A DNA stretch of 64,000 bases from Patescibacteria group bacterium (GTDB lineage Bacteria > Patescibacteriota > Minisyncoccia > Ryanbacterales > GWA2-47-10b): positions 238,097-302,096 of the forward strand of contig JBBTSE010000007.1 of NCBI GenBank assembly GCA_038064855.1, in the 5' to 3' direction. The translations under genes and the position numbers were made by a program. Shown one piece after another: positions 32,495 to 41,897 of this stretch; the first letter of the stretch is position 1; each line of letters begins with the position of its first letter. The notes below the pieces were generated by a model. The model did no database searches, was not told where the DNA came from, and was given only the letters and a program-made list of their open reading frames with translations.

Positions 32495-34561
32495 TTAGCT
32501 TAAAAGCTCTGATTCAACTCGTCTTAATAATACCGCGTTTGTAGCAACTATGATGGATGAGGCCGACATAAGCAACGCGGAAATCTCGGGGCGCAGTGAC
32601 CAACCGAGCGATGTATAAAACACTCCAGCAGCCACCGGAATCGCTAGTATATTATAAATTGCTGCCCAAAAAAGATTTTGCTTCATCTTGCGTACCGTTG
32701 CCTTGCTCAGACGAATGGCAGCGACTATATCATATGGATCGGATTTCATGAGGACAATATTACCCGTCTCTATAGCAACGTCCGTACCAGCGCCAATCGC
32801 AATACCAATATCTGACTGCGCGAGCGCTGGAGCGTCGTTGACGCCGTCGCCTACCATGGCGACAAATCTTCCTTCACTTTGAAGTTTTTTTATAAAACTC
32901 GCCTTATCTTCTGGCAACACTTCGGCAAATACACGATCAATGCCGAGCTCCGCCCCTACTGCTTCTGCTATTTTTTTGTTGTCTCCGGTAATCATGGCGG
33001 TTTGAATGCCGAGTTTTTTTAATTCGGTTATGGTCTTTTTTGATGATGCGCGAATAGAATCAGAAATACCAATGATACCCGCGACCACACCATCAACAGC
33101 TACGATACTCAATGTCTTCCCCTTTGCTAAGAGGCTCTCGATCTCACCTCTCATACTCTCAAACGCGACACCTTTGTCGCGCAGTAAACGCTCAGTGCCG
33201 ATAAGAACTTTTTTGCCATCTACGACTGCCTCGAGGCCTAAACCGGAAAGTGACTGGAAATTTTCCACCACAGATACATCGATGCTGTGTTTTTTTGCCT
33301 CGGCAATAATGGCCATTGAGAGCGGATGGCTTGATTTTGCCTCAACGCTTGCGGCAAACCGAAGAACATCTTTGTCAGAAAACCCACTGGCCGCGATAAC
33401 GTCTGTCACCTTTGGCTTGCCTTCGGTAAGCGTACCTGTTTTATCGAGCACGATGGCGTCTATCTTTGATGCGCCTTCGAGCGTTGTAGCATCTTTGATA
33501 AGAATATTGTGTTTTGCGCCAAGCCCCGTACCCACCGTGACTGCTGTTGGCGTAGCAAGGCCAAGGGCGTCTGGACAAGCAATCACAATAGCCGAGATAG
33601 CAAATGTAAGCGCCACAACGAACGGCGCGCCAGCAAAGACATACCAGCCAAAAAATGCGGCGATGCCAGACCCAATCGCGAGCACTACAAGCCATGAGGC
33701 GGCTTTATCAGCGATACGCTGCCCGGGCGCTTTGGAATTTTGTGCTGTTTCTACCATCTTGATGATAGAAGCAAGTACCGTATCTGCGCCAACTTTTGTC
33801 GCGCGAAATTGTACCGAACCGGCTTGGTTGATAGAACCACCAATCACCGCGTCTCCTATTTTTTTTGAAACTGGTAGTGATTCTCCTGTGACAAGTGATT
33901 CGTCGATCGCCGTCTCGCCCTCTATAACAATGCCATCAACCGGAGCCTTATCCCCCGGCTTTAACACCACCGTATCGTCCCGTAGCACCTCTGCGCTCGG
34001 TATCAAAACTTCTTTACCGTCACGCAAGACTCGGGCTTGCGGCGGCACCAGATCAAAAAGCGCGCGTAGTGAATCTGAAGTACCACGGCGTGATTTCATC
34101 TCCATCCAATGCCCAAAAAGAACGAAGGTGATAAGCATCGCCGCCGCCTCGTAAAACACTTCACCTCCCCCGATCAAAGAAAGCGCGATGCTACCGAGAT
34201 ACGCCGCCAACACACCGGTAGCGATCAAGACTGACATATTGAGTTTTTTCGCTCGGAGCGAGTAGTAGGTGCCTGTAATAAAAATAGATCCCGCCCAAAA
34301 CACGACTGGAGTCGTCAACAAAAAAAGAAGCAGGGTCTTTGGTATCGGTGACCACAGGGAAATATGAAAAAGCATCTCTCCCATGGGCGAGTAAAAAACA
34401 ATAGGAATAGTAAGCGCGAGCGCGACAAAAAAACGCCGACGCATATCTACCTCCATTTGTTTTGCCATTTGTGGGTTGGTCATCGCGGCCTCATGATCCG
34501 CATGAGACATCGCGGACATATCATGGCCGGCGTGTTGATGCTTGTGACGATCCTGATCCAT
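32495..34561 (-). CDS. Heavy-metal (copper-type) P1B ATPase with His-rich N-terminus
   Basis: DKTGTLT phosphorylation site, GDGVNDAPAL hinge, and TM6 motif IACPDALGLATP (CPx with x=D). His-rich N-terminal HKHQHAGHDMSAMSHADHE. Confidence 0.85.
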   Translation of the reverse strand: MDQDRHKHQHAGHDMSAMSHADHEAAMTNPQMAKQMEVDMRRRFFVALALTIPIVFYSPMGEMLFHISLWSPIPKTLLLFLLTTPVVFWAGSIFITGTYYSLRAKKLNMSVLIATGVLAAYLGSIALSLIGGGEVFYEAAAMLITFVLFGHWMEMKSRRGTSDSLRALFDLVPPQARVLRDGKEVLIPSAEVLRDDTVVLKPGDKAPVDGIVIEGETAIDESLVTGESLPVSKKIGDAVIGGSINQAGSVQFRATKVGADTVLASIIKMVETAQNSKAPGQRIADKAASWLVVLAIGSGIAAFFGWYVFAGAPFVVALTFAISAIVIACPDALGLATPTAVTVGTGLGAKHNILIKDATTLEGASKIDAIVLDKTGTLTEGKPKVTDVIAASGFSDKDVLRFAASVEAKSSHPLSMAIIAEAKKHSIDVSVVENFQSLSGLGLEAVVDGKKVLIGTERLLRDKGVAFESMRGEIESLLAKGKTLSIVAVDGVVAGIIGISDSIRASSKKTITELKKLGIQTAMITGDNKKIAEAVGAELGIDRVFAEVLPEDKASFIKKLQSEGRFVAMVGDGVNDAPALAQSDIGIAIGAGTDVAIETGNIVLMKSDPYDIVAAIRLSKATVRKMKQNLFWAAIYNILAIPVAAGVFYTSLGWSLRPEISALLMSASSIIVATNAVLLRRVESELLS

Positions 34562-34564
34562 CGA

Positions 34565-34786
34565 TTAGATAATCTCTCCACGCTTTTCAAGCATCATATG
34601 ATGAATCGTTGCGAGTTGAACCCAAACAGCGATTAGAACAAGAATGCCAGCGCAGAGCAATGCATCGATTTTTGTAATCCCAAATACCTGATCGTCGCCA
34701 CCGCCAAGGAGCGCGCCTGCAAATGCGATGACCCCAGCAAAACCTACAACGACGCTTACAACATGCATCAATTTTGATAGCTTCAT
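34565..34786 (-). CDS. Small 2-TM membrane protein immediately upstream of the P-type ATPase
   Basis: Start at MKLSKL. Its stop lies 3 nt before the ATPase start codon, consistent with co-transcription. Confidence 0.45.
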   Translation of the reverse strand: MKLSKLMHVVSVVVGFAGVIAFAGALLGGGDDQVFGITKIDALLCAGILVLIAVWVQLATIHHMMLEKRGEII

Positions 34787-34946
34787 ATTTTTTATACTTT
34801 TATTTAGCGAATAATCCAACCCCTTTATTATAACCCTTAAATGACTCAGAACCCATCGAGTCATCAGCGCTCATACCAGTGGGGCGGCCTAAAATTTGCT
34901 ATTATATTTAAATGAAATGTATTGTTTTTTCCTTTAGTATTTTAGT

Positions 34947-35486
34947 TCATGCTTTTTTGACGGCCCTTCTCAATTCTTTGTGATTTGGCAATGTTTTCGC
35001 GACTAACGCCCAAAAATTTTTTGAGTGATTGAGCTCTCCGAGATGACAGAGCTCATGCACGATAATATAATCAGCCAACTCTGCGGGCAATAGTACAATG
35101 CGATAGTTAAAATTGAGATTACCTTTTGCCGAACAGCTCCCCCACTTTGTTTTTTGATTGCGAATAACTATTTTATTGTACGCAAAACCATACGATTGGT
35201 TGAAGTGTTGCAATCTCCGTGTAGCAAGCGCTTTTGCCTCCAAAGATAAGCGGATTTTTTCTACCCTAGAGTGTTGTATCGGTTGCGTGACGGGAGGTAA
35301 TGTACCTACATAACGCAACCGTTCTGTAACCCATGCAATATTGCTCTCGAGAAACGTAAGAAAGTGACGAGTAGCGAGCCGCGCCGGTTGGGTAGCTCTC
35401 ACCGATCCATCTCGGTGTACTGAGATACGCATGCGCTTTGCGCGCGCGCTTTTATAAATCTTTACGGTGATGGCATCACCCATCAC
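34947..35486 (-). CDS. YgjP-like metal-dependent hydrolase (DUF45/SprT-like, HExxH)
   Basis: IIVHELCHL zinc-binding motif in a YgjP family context (YRIVLLPAEL). Confidence 0.8.
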   Translation of the reverse strand: MMGDAITVKIYKSARAKRMRISVHRDGSVRATQPARLATRHFLTFLESNIAWVTERLRYVGTLPPVTQPIQHSRVEKIRLSLEAKALATRRLQHFNQSYGFAYNKIVIRNQKTKWGSCSAKGNLNFNYRIVLLPAELADYIIVHELCHLGELNHSKNFWALVAKTLPNHKELRRAVKKA

Positions 35487-35505
35487 GAATGAGATGATCA
35501 GAAAT

Positions 35506-35931
35506 TTACATTGATAAGATAAACGCAGCCAGCATCAAGCCCACCAATTGATAGGTAATCATCACGAAGATTTGTTTTGCCCAAAACTGCTTTTTGGTAT
35601 TTGCCCACACAACTCCAGCTATCTGTGTAGGCGCTATAAAACCGAACCATATCCATCCGGCAACGCCATACGCATGAAAGCCTACATTGGCCATTTGTAA
35701 GTAGTGAACAAACATGGCCAATACAAAAGTGAAAATGACTGTCAATAAAAACTGAAGACCATAAAACGGTGCCATCTCTTTTTGCATCTTCTGTAACTCT
35801 TCTTTTGATAGGCGATCAGCCCCCATGATTTGCATCCACCATTTGCCGAACATCAAAGGTGAATACCATACCGCACCCAACACGAACTGCGCCAGTGCAG
35901 CCCCCAATATCAATGTGTAGTTTATTTCCAT
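35506..35931 (-). CDS. DUF1761-like membrane protein
   Basis: 141 aa, four TM helices, GAVWYSPLMFGKWW N-terminal motif. Confidence 0.55.
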   Translation of the reverse strand: MEINYTLILGAALAQFVLGAVWYSPLMFGKWWMQIMGADRLSKEELQKMQKEMAPFYGLQFLLTVIFTFVLAMFVHYLQMANVGFHAYGVAGWIWFGFIAPTQIAGVVWANTKKQFWAKQIFVMITYQLVGLMLAAFILSM

Positions 35932-35964
35932 ATAAATACTATAGCAATATTTTAATCTGTATAT

Positions 35965-36171
35965 CTAGGATTCCACTACAGGATGCCGTTTTCCGGCTGC
36001 AAGCATAACGCAAACTTTTGCGATACGAACGCCTCGCGCCTCCGATTCTTTAGCTAAGTCTATCCAACGGACAAAATCTCTACGCGCGTCTGGTGTGAGA
36101 CCCTCCCAAATAACCTTTGCTTTTGGCGTACTGACAAGTACGCGACGAAGATCAATTGGTATTTTCCCCAT
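35965..36171 (-). CDS. YdeI/OmpD-associated (OmdA-like) small protein
   Basis: LTPDARRDFVRWIDLAKESEARGVRIAKV matches the OmdA C-terminal domain pattern. Its start overlaps the upstream gene stop (TGATG). Confidence 0.55.
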   Translation of the reverse strand: MGKIPIDLRRVLVSTPKAKVIWEGLTPDARRDFVRWIDLAKESEARGVRIAKVCVMLAAGKRHPVVES

Positions 36172-37352
36172 CAAACCTCGCTGACGCGTTTTCGCATAAG
36201 GCGGCGTACAAAAAAGAATCCGACAACGAGTACCACCGCGATACCACCATAGGTCATAACAGCACCCCAAGAGCCGCCGCGAGAGCTTTTGTAGTCGCCA
36301 ACGAGATCTCCCGTATATGCTACCTCGGTCGGATTTACAGCGTCGGGGTCAATGAACGCAAATGGAGTAATCTTGGGCGGCTCTGAAAAATCGCCCGCTT
36401 CAAGACCGTGCTTTTGCAAAAGAGCATCCCACTCGTAGGGTGCCTCGGCGATACCTGAGGCACTCGCCACTGCTGCGGTACCCGTGGTGATTACCTTTTT
36501 CTTTTGTGGGCTATCTTTGAGCCATACATCGATCGCGCCTTCCTGTACCGCGTACTGTGCTTTGCCATCTTCTGAGGTGATCATAAATGTCGTCCCCTTT
36601 CTGCCGGTGATAGAATGCGCACCTCCTTCCTCAATTTCCAGCATGTCATTGGTCACCAAGCGCTTGAGTGCGCTCCATATAAAAAGCGTACCGCGCTCGA
36701 GAAGCGTACGCTCTTGCTGGGGTGATGGCATGCGCAAGGTGGAGCGCTCAAGAAGATAAAAGTTGGAACTGCCAAAGCGGAGCTGGGCGCGCCCCTTGAT
36801 GGTTGTATACAATACATCGCCCTCAAAAATCTGTAGCCCGCCCCCTGATATGGGGCCCGTCCACTTGCCGCGCCCTGGTGAGTAGAGAAAAAATTCGCCT
36901 TCGCCGAGTACCACATACCCCACGATCTGGGTACCGCCGACTGTTTCAACTTTTGGAAGATTATATATTTCCTCGATTGATCGAACATCTTTTGGGTTTT
37001 TACACACGCCTTCACTCCGTACTTCATTTGCCTCGCAATACCCACACTCTGCATTTAATACAGAATAAATACCGCCGCTAGCCATGCAGCTCCTGCCAAA
37101 CATTTCTTTTTGGCCCTTTACATATTCATCAAATGCCGCGTAAAGCTTGTCACTGGCAGCGTTTCGCTCCATGCCGATGTCTTTACACATCTGATTGTGC
37201 CGCGCGCACTTACAAATACGATAATCGATTTTTGCCCCACAAAAATCGTTATGCACTTCGGGATACTTAAAATAATCAGTTTTCGCGTACGCGGACGGTA
37301 TGACAAATGGAAAGAGTAACGCGCAGGCAAATAAAACACGCTTGATTTGCAT
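36171..37352 (-). CDS. Secreted Cys-rich protein with C-terminal TM anchor
   Basis: Signal peptide (LFACALLFPFVIPSAYA), a Cys-rich N-terminal third, and a C-terminal TM plus basic tail (GGIAVVLVVGFFFVRRLMRKR). Confidence 0.55.
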   Translation of the reverse strand: MQIKRVLFACALLFPFVIPSAYAKTDYFKYPEVHNDFCGAKIDYRICKCARHNQMCKDIGMERNAASDKLYAAFDEYVKGQKEMFGRSCMASGGIYSVLNAECGYCEANEVRSEGVCKNPKDVRSIEEIYNLPKVETVGGTQIVGYVVLGEGEFFLYSPGRGKWTGPISGGGLQIFEGDVLYTTIKGRAQLRFGSSNFYLLERSTLRMPSPQQERTLLERGTLFIWSALKRLVTNDMLEIEEGGAHSITGRKGTTFMITSEDGKAQYAVQEGAIDVWLKDSPQKKKVITTGTAAVASASGIAEAPYEWDALLQKHGLEAGDFSEPPKITPFAFIDPDAVNPTEVAYTGDLVGDYKSSRGGSWGAVMTYGGIAVVLVVGFFFVRRLMRKRVSEV

Positions 37353-37519
37353 GTCCTTATACTACTATTCCTCCCCCTCCCCATCAAACATCAATGGAGC
37401 TAGCTAACCAAAGACGGGTTTGACCGAGTGAGCTCATGTAACTTTTCTACAAACCATATAGTTATAAATAACAATAAATATATATTGAAAAACGATATAT
37501 ACTAATATAAAATAAAGCT

Positions 37520-38002
37520 ATGAAAAAAAGCTCAACAATATTTCTCCAAATAATTATTGTACTCATCGGCATTGGTGCGCTCGCTCTCTTGCTCTGGGAG
37601 CCTCACCTCGAAGGTGTGAATGCTAACGCAACTTCCCTCTCTGAAATATATTTTGATGATCCCTTTTTAATACTTGTCTATATGGGGTCTATTCCCTTCT
37701 TCGTAGCATTATATCAGGCGTTTGCGTTGCTCGGACTCATCGGACACGACAAGACATTCTCGACAGAAGCGGTAAAATGTTTGCGAACCATAAAATATTG
37801 CGCGCTGGGCATCATTGGTTTTGTCGCCATAGAAGAAATGATCATCATACTCAACCACGGTAATGATGATATCGCGGGCGGTGTCGCCATGGGTGTTATG
37901 ATTACATTTGGCTCGATCATCATTGCCACAGCCGCAGCCGTATTTGAAAAACTTTTACAAAACGCTGTAGATATAAAGTCTGAAAATGACTTAACCGTTT
38001 AA
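37520..38002 (+). CDS. DUF2975-family membrane protein
   Basis: Four TM helices. Conserved pairing with a downstream XRE regulator, 4 nt apart. Confidence 0.6.
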   Translation: MKKSSTIFLQIIIVLIGIGALALLLWEPHLEGVNANATSLSEIYFDDPFLILVYMGSIPFFVALYQAFALLGLIGHDKTFSTEAVKCLRTIKYCALGIIGFVAIEEMIIILNHGNDDIAGGVAMGVMITFGSIIIATAAAVFEKLLQNAVDIKSENDLTV

Positions 38003-38006
38003 CCCT

Positions 38007-38207
38007 ATGGCAATCATCATTAACATTGATGTGATGTTGGCAAAGCGCAAGATGAGCGTCACCGAGCTTGCAGACAAAGTGGGCATCACGATGGCCAATA
38101 TCTCTGTATTGAAAAATGGCAAAGCAAAAGCGATTCGTCTCTCAACCTTGGATGCGATTTGCAAGGCTCTGAGTTGTCAGCCGGGCGATATTTTGGAGTA
38201 TCAATAA
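38007..38207 (+). CDS. XRE-family HTH transcriptional regulator
   Basis: MSVTELADKVGITMANISVLKNGKAKAIRLSTLDAICKALSCQPGDIL is a Cro/C1-type HTH. 66 aa. Confidence 0.85.
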   Translation: MAIIINIDVMLAKRKMSVTELADKVGITMANISVLKNGKAKAIRLSTLDAICKALSCQPGDILEYQ

Positions 38208-38216
38208 AGAGACGCC

Positions 38217-38552
38217 TTACATTTGGCGGACTTCCATTATCTCAATCGTGGCGCCAGGAATGGTGAAGTGCGGATGATTCTTGAAAAGCTCAGCTACTGC
38301 CTCTGCAGACTCACCCTGCACATACGAAGAAAGCATCATATCGTTTTTTACATCTTCGATGCCCGATGCACTCACGCGCTTTGTCTTGCCCAAGGCAATA
38401 GTGTTGAGCACGGTATCTTTGTGTGCCGCCATCCACGCATCCCAATCTGCTTTCATCTTTGCCTCCTCATCCTTGCGCTCTGCCTCTGGCCTCTTCATCC
38501 ACTCCGCCATAGTTGCTGCAGGCGCCATAAATATAACAGTGAAATTTTTCAT
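38217..38552 (-). CDS. Small conserved protein of unknown function, paralog of 12567-12899
   Basis: 111 aa, collinear with the 12567 product. Confidence 0.6.
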   Translation of the reverse strand: MKNFTVIFMAPAATMAEWMKRPEAERKDEEAKMKADWDAWMAAHKDTVLNTIALGKTKRVSASGIEDVKNDMMLSSYVQGESAEAVAELFKNHPHFTIPGATIEIMEVRQM

Positions 38553-38652
38553 ATACAGAGCGTAGCACGCCGGACTATAAATCTATAGTTGACTAACCTT
38601 TTCGGTCTCGTAAACTTCTCCATCAAGCCCTACGCGGCCTTTCTGATGACTT

Positions 38653-38982
38653 TTATCCTATAATTTTGAATCTAACAATTTTTGCTGGAGTATCGTCACT
38701 GATATTTGGATAATATTTTTTAAGTGTTTGATACATATCATCGTAATCTTTAAACGGCTCGTGGCCTACGAGGTCATCGGCATTTACTTTGGAAAGCGGT
38801 TTTTCTATAACCTCGGTTATGTCTACGCGAGCAAATGTCTCACCAGTATCAGAATTGGTAAGCTCTAGCTCGTCGCCCTTTGTTAAATTTTTGTCATCAA
38901 AAAGCCGAAGAGAAGAAGTCTTGGTTCCCTCCAAAATCATCTTTGCCTTAAAATCTCGAAACTTAAGAGTTTTCATACTCAA
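38653..38982 (-). CDS. ASCH domain (PUA-like) protein
   Basis: ILEGTKTSSLR motif of the ASCH fold. 109 aa. Starts 5 nt after the HNH gene stop. Confidence 0.7.
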   Translation of the reverse strand: MSMKTLKFRDFKAKMILEGTKTSSLRLFDDKNLTKGDELELTNSDTGETFARVDITEVIEKPLSKVNADDLVGHEPFKDYDDMYQTLKKYYPNISDDTPAKIVRFKIIG

Positions 38983-38987
38983 ACTAG

Positions 38988-39701
38988 CTATTCAATTTTG
39001 TCTGATTTTTGTAAATTATGCTTCATGCAAAGCAAACGTACATTTTTTGTGGATAGACTCGTCCCTCCTTTTGAAAACGGCAAATCATGGTCAAAATGCA
39101 AGTTTTTGGTATCGCCACACATAACACACCTACCTTGATCTCGCTTCCAAACCTCCCTTTTTACTTCAGAAGGTATTAGTCTTGTATGCTCAATAATTGC
39201 ACTTGTTATATTAGCCACTCCACTTCGATCAGAAAGCCGTAAAAGATAACGAAATACATTCCTTCTACCATCATGGATTACCTTACAATCAATTAAGTCG
39301 AAAAAGCCTTTTAAAGACCAGACGCCAGGGAATACTTTCTCATACACCTTAACAAGTTCGGGGAGAGATTCGCCCTCTTTAAATTCTTTGACAGCTTTTA
39401 TAAAATAACCATTTTGAGCAAGCTTTCCGCTGGGCAATTTCTCACGTTGGTCTTCTACTTTCGGATTATGACTCTGATCATGCGATTTTTTAGAGACATC
39501 GTGCCCCTCATACTCAATCGTTATCCCATCTTCATGAATCTTATCTTTATACGGCGCGCTAGATCTTTGAGACATTAAAATAACAGAATACTTCGGGTTC
39601 ATTCTGAAATTCATACCGCGTTGGAGTGTCTGAACATTTTCAGCGTCACACATCCCACGATAGCTTAATATATCGTCCTGAATTTTATTCAGATTATCCA
39701 T
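38988..39701 (-). CDS. HNH endonuclease with N-terminal putative modified-base-reading (SRA-like) domain
   Basis: C-terminal HNH (CVMCGDTKNLHFDHDLPFSKGGTSLSTKNVRLLCMKHNLQKSDK). The N-terminal ~150 aa has an SVILMSQRSSAPYKDKIHEDGITIEYEGHD pattern reminiscent of SRA/YDG cores. The SRA call is inference. Confidence 0.6.
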   Translation of the reverse strand: MDNLNKIQDDILSYRGMCDAENVQTLQRGMNFRMNPKYSVILMSQRSSAPYKDKIHEDGITIEYEGHDVSKKSHDQSHNPKVEDQREKLPSGKLAQNGYFIKAVKEFKEGESLPELVKVYEKVFPGVWSLKGFFDLIDCKVIHDGRRNVFRYLLRLSDRSGVANITSAIIEHTRLIPSEVKREVWKRDQGRCVMCGDTKNLHFDHDLPFSKGGTSLSTKNVRLLCMKHNLQKSDKIE

Positions 39702-39853
39702 TTTTTTATTTCTTGGCTGACTGACTCGGTTGTGAACCCTACACCTTGAGACCTTGTAAGGGTTCTTTGAGTACTTTCAGTGTAGCAAATTGAGGCATCT
39801 CAGTCTGGTCTCAATAGACACGATGGACACTATAAAAAGGGGCCGGAAAGTGT

Positions 39854-40564
39854 CTATTCTCTACCTATCTCATCTAGCACCTGTGCGCGCCTCTCGGCGT
39901 TCGGCATATCCAAGACAAGCGTCTCTGTACCACCATTCAAGAGCCTGCGGAAATACAGCGAAACTGAGAAGACATTCAGCGTCTCGAACGGTGCTCGGAC
40001 AAACGTATCGGGCAACCCCAAGTCATGTGTAGGTACTTGGAAAAATGGCTCCGGATTGGCGTCTGTGGAATTGGACATCGGCATCCAGTAAATCACTAAT
40101 GGTTGCACCTTAGACTCGGCGTATTGTTCTGGAAGTCTCATGGCAGTGAAAACCTTCGTGACACTATTTGGATGTACAGCAGACTGAAATGTTTTCAGTT
40201 GACCCTTCCAATAGTGAGCGACAGCTTTCTTGACTTCCTCCTCACTGCAGTCGATTGGGAGCCTGTGCCCGCCGATAGCCGATGCCGCCCAGTTCTTTAT
40301 TTCGCATTGGTACAAAATCTTTTCGCCCGTCTGCTTGTTGCGTGTTTGTATCCATCTGTCCAAACGCTTTCCACTTCTTGTACCGGGTGTCGGGGAGTCT
40401 GCACTTACGGTCGCTTCTCGCACCCCGTCTCTGCCAATGTAGTGCGCAAATGCGGCGGCGTTCAAGTCTTCGCCGATGACACCCGTGATTGCTGACGAAT
40501 GTCTGTTGTCTCCCTTCTTCGGGTCATCGAGAAACGTTAAGAGATTTCGTAGATTTAGATTCAT
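39854..40564 (-). CDS. Hypothetical protein adjacent to tRNA-Gln
   Basis: Start at MNLNLRN, 8 nt downstream of the tRNA. No recognised motif. Confidence 0.45.
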   Translation of the reverse strand: MNLNLRNLLTFLDDPKKGDNRHSSAITGVIGEDLNAAAFAHYIGRDGVREATVSADSPTPGTRSGKRLDRWIQTRNKQTGEKILYQCEIKNWAASAIGGHRLPIDCSEEEVKKAVAHYWKGQLKTFQSAVHPNSVTKVFTAMRLPEQYAESKVQPLVIYWMPMSNSTDANPEPFFQVPTHDLGLPDTFVRAPFETLNVFSVSLYFRRLLNGGTETLVLDMPNAERRAQVLDEIGRE

Positions 40565-40571
40565 AAAGTGT

Positions 40572-40645
40572 TGGCTGGGGGACATGGATTCGAACCATGA
40601 TACTCGCCTCCAAAGGGCGATGTCCTGCCGTTAGACGATCCCCCA
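40572..40645 (-). tRNA. tRNA-Gln (anticodon UUG)
   Basis: Manual fold: acceptor UGGGGGA/UCCCCCA with U1-A72, typical of tRNA-Gln. D-loop with GG. Anticodon stem UCGCC/GGCGA with loop CUUUGGA. T-arm GGTTCGAATCC. Discriminator G followed by CCA. Confidence 0.85.
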
Positions 40646-40717
40646 GTATTACTTGGGAACGCGCTTTTTTGGCGCGTATGTATCATATCCAAAAAAGGCC
40701 TCGCTGGCAACGAGAAG

Positions 40718-41857
40718 CTATTTGAGAAATGCCGGTTTCTCGAGTGTTTTTTGTGGCTCCTGTTCGGAGAGTGACAAGAGTGCGAGCTCGAGCGGTAGAT
40801 CGGGAAAAGTACCACGAAATCCGATGTTGTGGGCTTCGAGCAGTTTTACCAAGAGCTGCTCGATATCTTTTTTGGGAAGCGTATGGTGCGAGGTGAAAAA
40901 TGCCGCGTGGGTTTCTGATAATTCTTTTTGTAGGCGTTCAAGATCTTTGGGATTATATGCCGATACAAAAAGCTCACGCGCTTCGTGTACCAACATGCGC
41001 GAGAGAAGCTTGGGCTCAATACCGTCTTTGCGTATGCCGCCGAGCGCATCGAGTACTCGTACCGGTTCACGCTTGAGTGCGGCATCGAGCAATTCGTGGA
41101 TCTGCCCAATCTTTGGCAGACCAAACAGATTGGTAAGCGCATCTTTGTCAGCGCCCTCAATATACGCATCCATCACCTGCCCCAGCATAGTCTCTGCATC
41201 ACGCATAGAACCATCTGCTAAAAATGCCAGCATCACAGTACCCTCGCTATCAATCTTATATTTCTCACTCTTTGCGACACGCATAAGCTCTTCGCGTATC
41301 ACGCTCTCGCTGATGCGACGAAATTCAAAACTTTGCGAGCGTGACAAAATAGTATCAGGCACGCGATCGAGCTCGGTCGTGGCCATGATAAACATAGCGT
41401 GCGCGGGCGGTTCTTCAAGAGTTTTGAGAAGTGCGTTAAACGCATCTTTGGTGAGCATATGTACCTCGTCGATGATATATACTTTGCGCTTTGCGCGCAT
41501 GGGCGTAAAACGCACCGCCTCTTTGAGCTCACGGATATCATCAATACCGCGATTTGATGCCGCGTCGATTTCAACTAAGTCAAAGGCTTTGCCCGAAGAA
41601 AAATCTTTACATATATCGCATGTATTGCACGGCTCACTGTCCTTACCGCGCTTCTCACAATTGAAAGCTTTGGCGAGCAAGCGCGCGAGTGTAGTCTTGC
41701 CCGTACCGCGCGTGCCAGAAAAAATATATGCGTGGGAAACACGCTCAAGGCGCAAAGCGTTTTTGAGTACATTTACAATATGATCTTGACCTACGACATC
41801 GGAAAATCGCTGGGGACGATACTTGCGATACAAAACAACATGATCGGGCTTTTGCAT
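40718..41857 (-). CDS. dnaX: DNA polymerase III subunit gamma/tau (short form)
   Basis: YRPQRFSDVVGQDHIV, GTRGTGKTT Walker A, and a Cys4 zinc module (CNTCDIC). Confidence 0.9.
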   Translation of the reverse strand: MQKPDHVVLYRKYRPQRFSDVVGQDHIVNVLKNALRLERVSHAYIFSGTRGTGKTTLARLLAKAFNCEKRGKDSEPCNTCDICKDFSSGKAFDLVEIDAASNRGIDDIRELKEAVRFTPMRAKRKVYIIDEVHMLTKDAFNALLKTLEEPPAHAMFIMATTELDRVPDTILSRSQSFEFRRISESVIREELMRVAKSEKYKIDSEGTVMLAFLADGSMRDAETMLGQVMDAYIEGADKDALTNLFGLPKIGQIHELLDAALKREPVRVLDALGGIRKDGIEPKLLSRMLVHEARELFVSAYNPKDLERLQKELSETHAAFFTSHHTLPKKDIEQLLVKLLEAHNIGFRGTFPDLPLELALLSLSEQEPQKTLEKPAFLK

Positions 41858-41897
41858 ACCAGCATCGTATCAGGAAATAGTGGCCTCGACCACTTGC

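Noticed and set aside
33006-34154. 382-aa plus-strand ORF antisense to the P-type ATPase
   Set aside because: Ser/Ala/Thr/Pro-rich translation with no motifs. Fully embedded in a strongly supported ATPase gene (DKTGT, GDGVNDAPAL on the other strand).
39702-39853. Hairpin GAACCCT-N18-AGGGTTC upstream of the HNH gene as an ncRNA
   Set aside because: A single 7-bp stem with a large loop and no flanking conservation evidence. More likely a promoter-region structure. Insufficient support.
40653-41783. 376-aa plus-strand ORF antisense to dnaX
   Set aside because: Ser/Arg-rich shadow frame of a high-confidence dnaX gene, with no independent coding signal.
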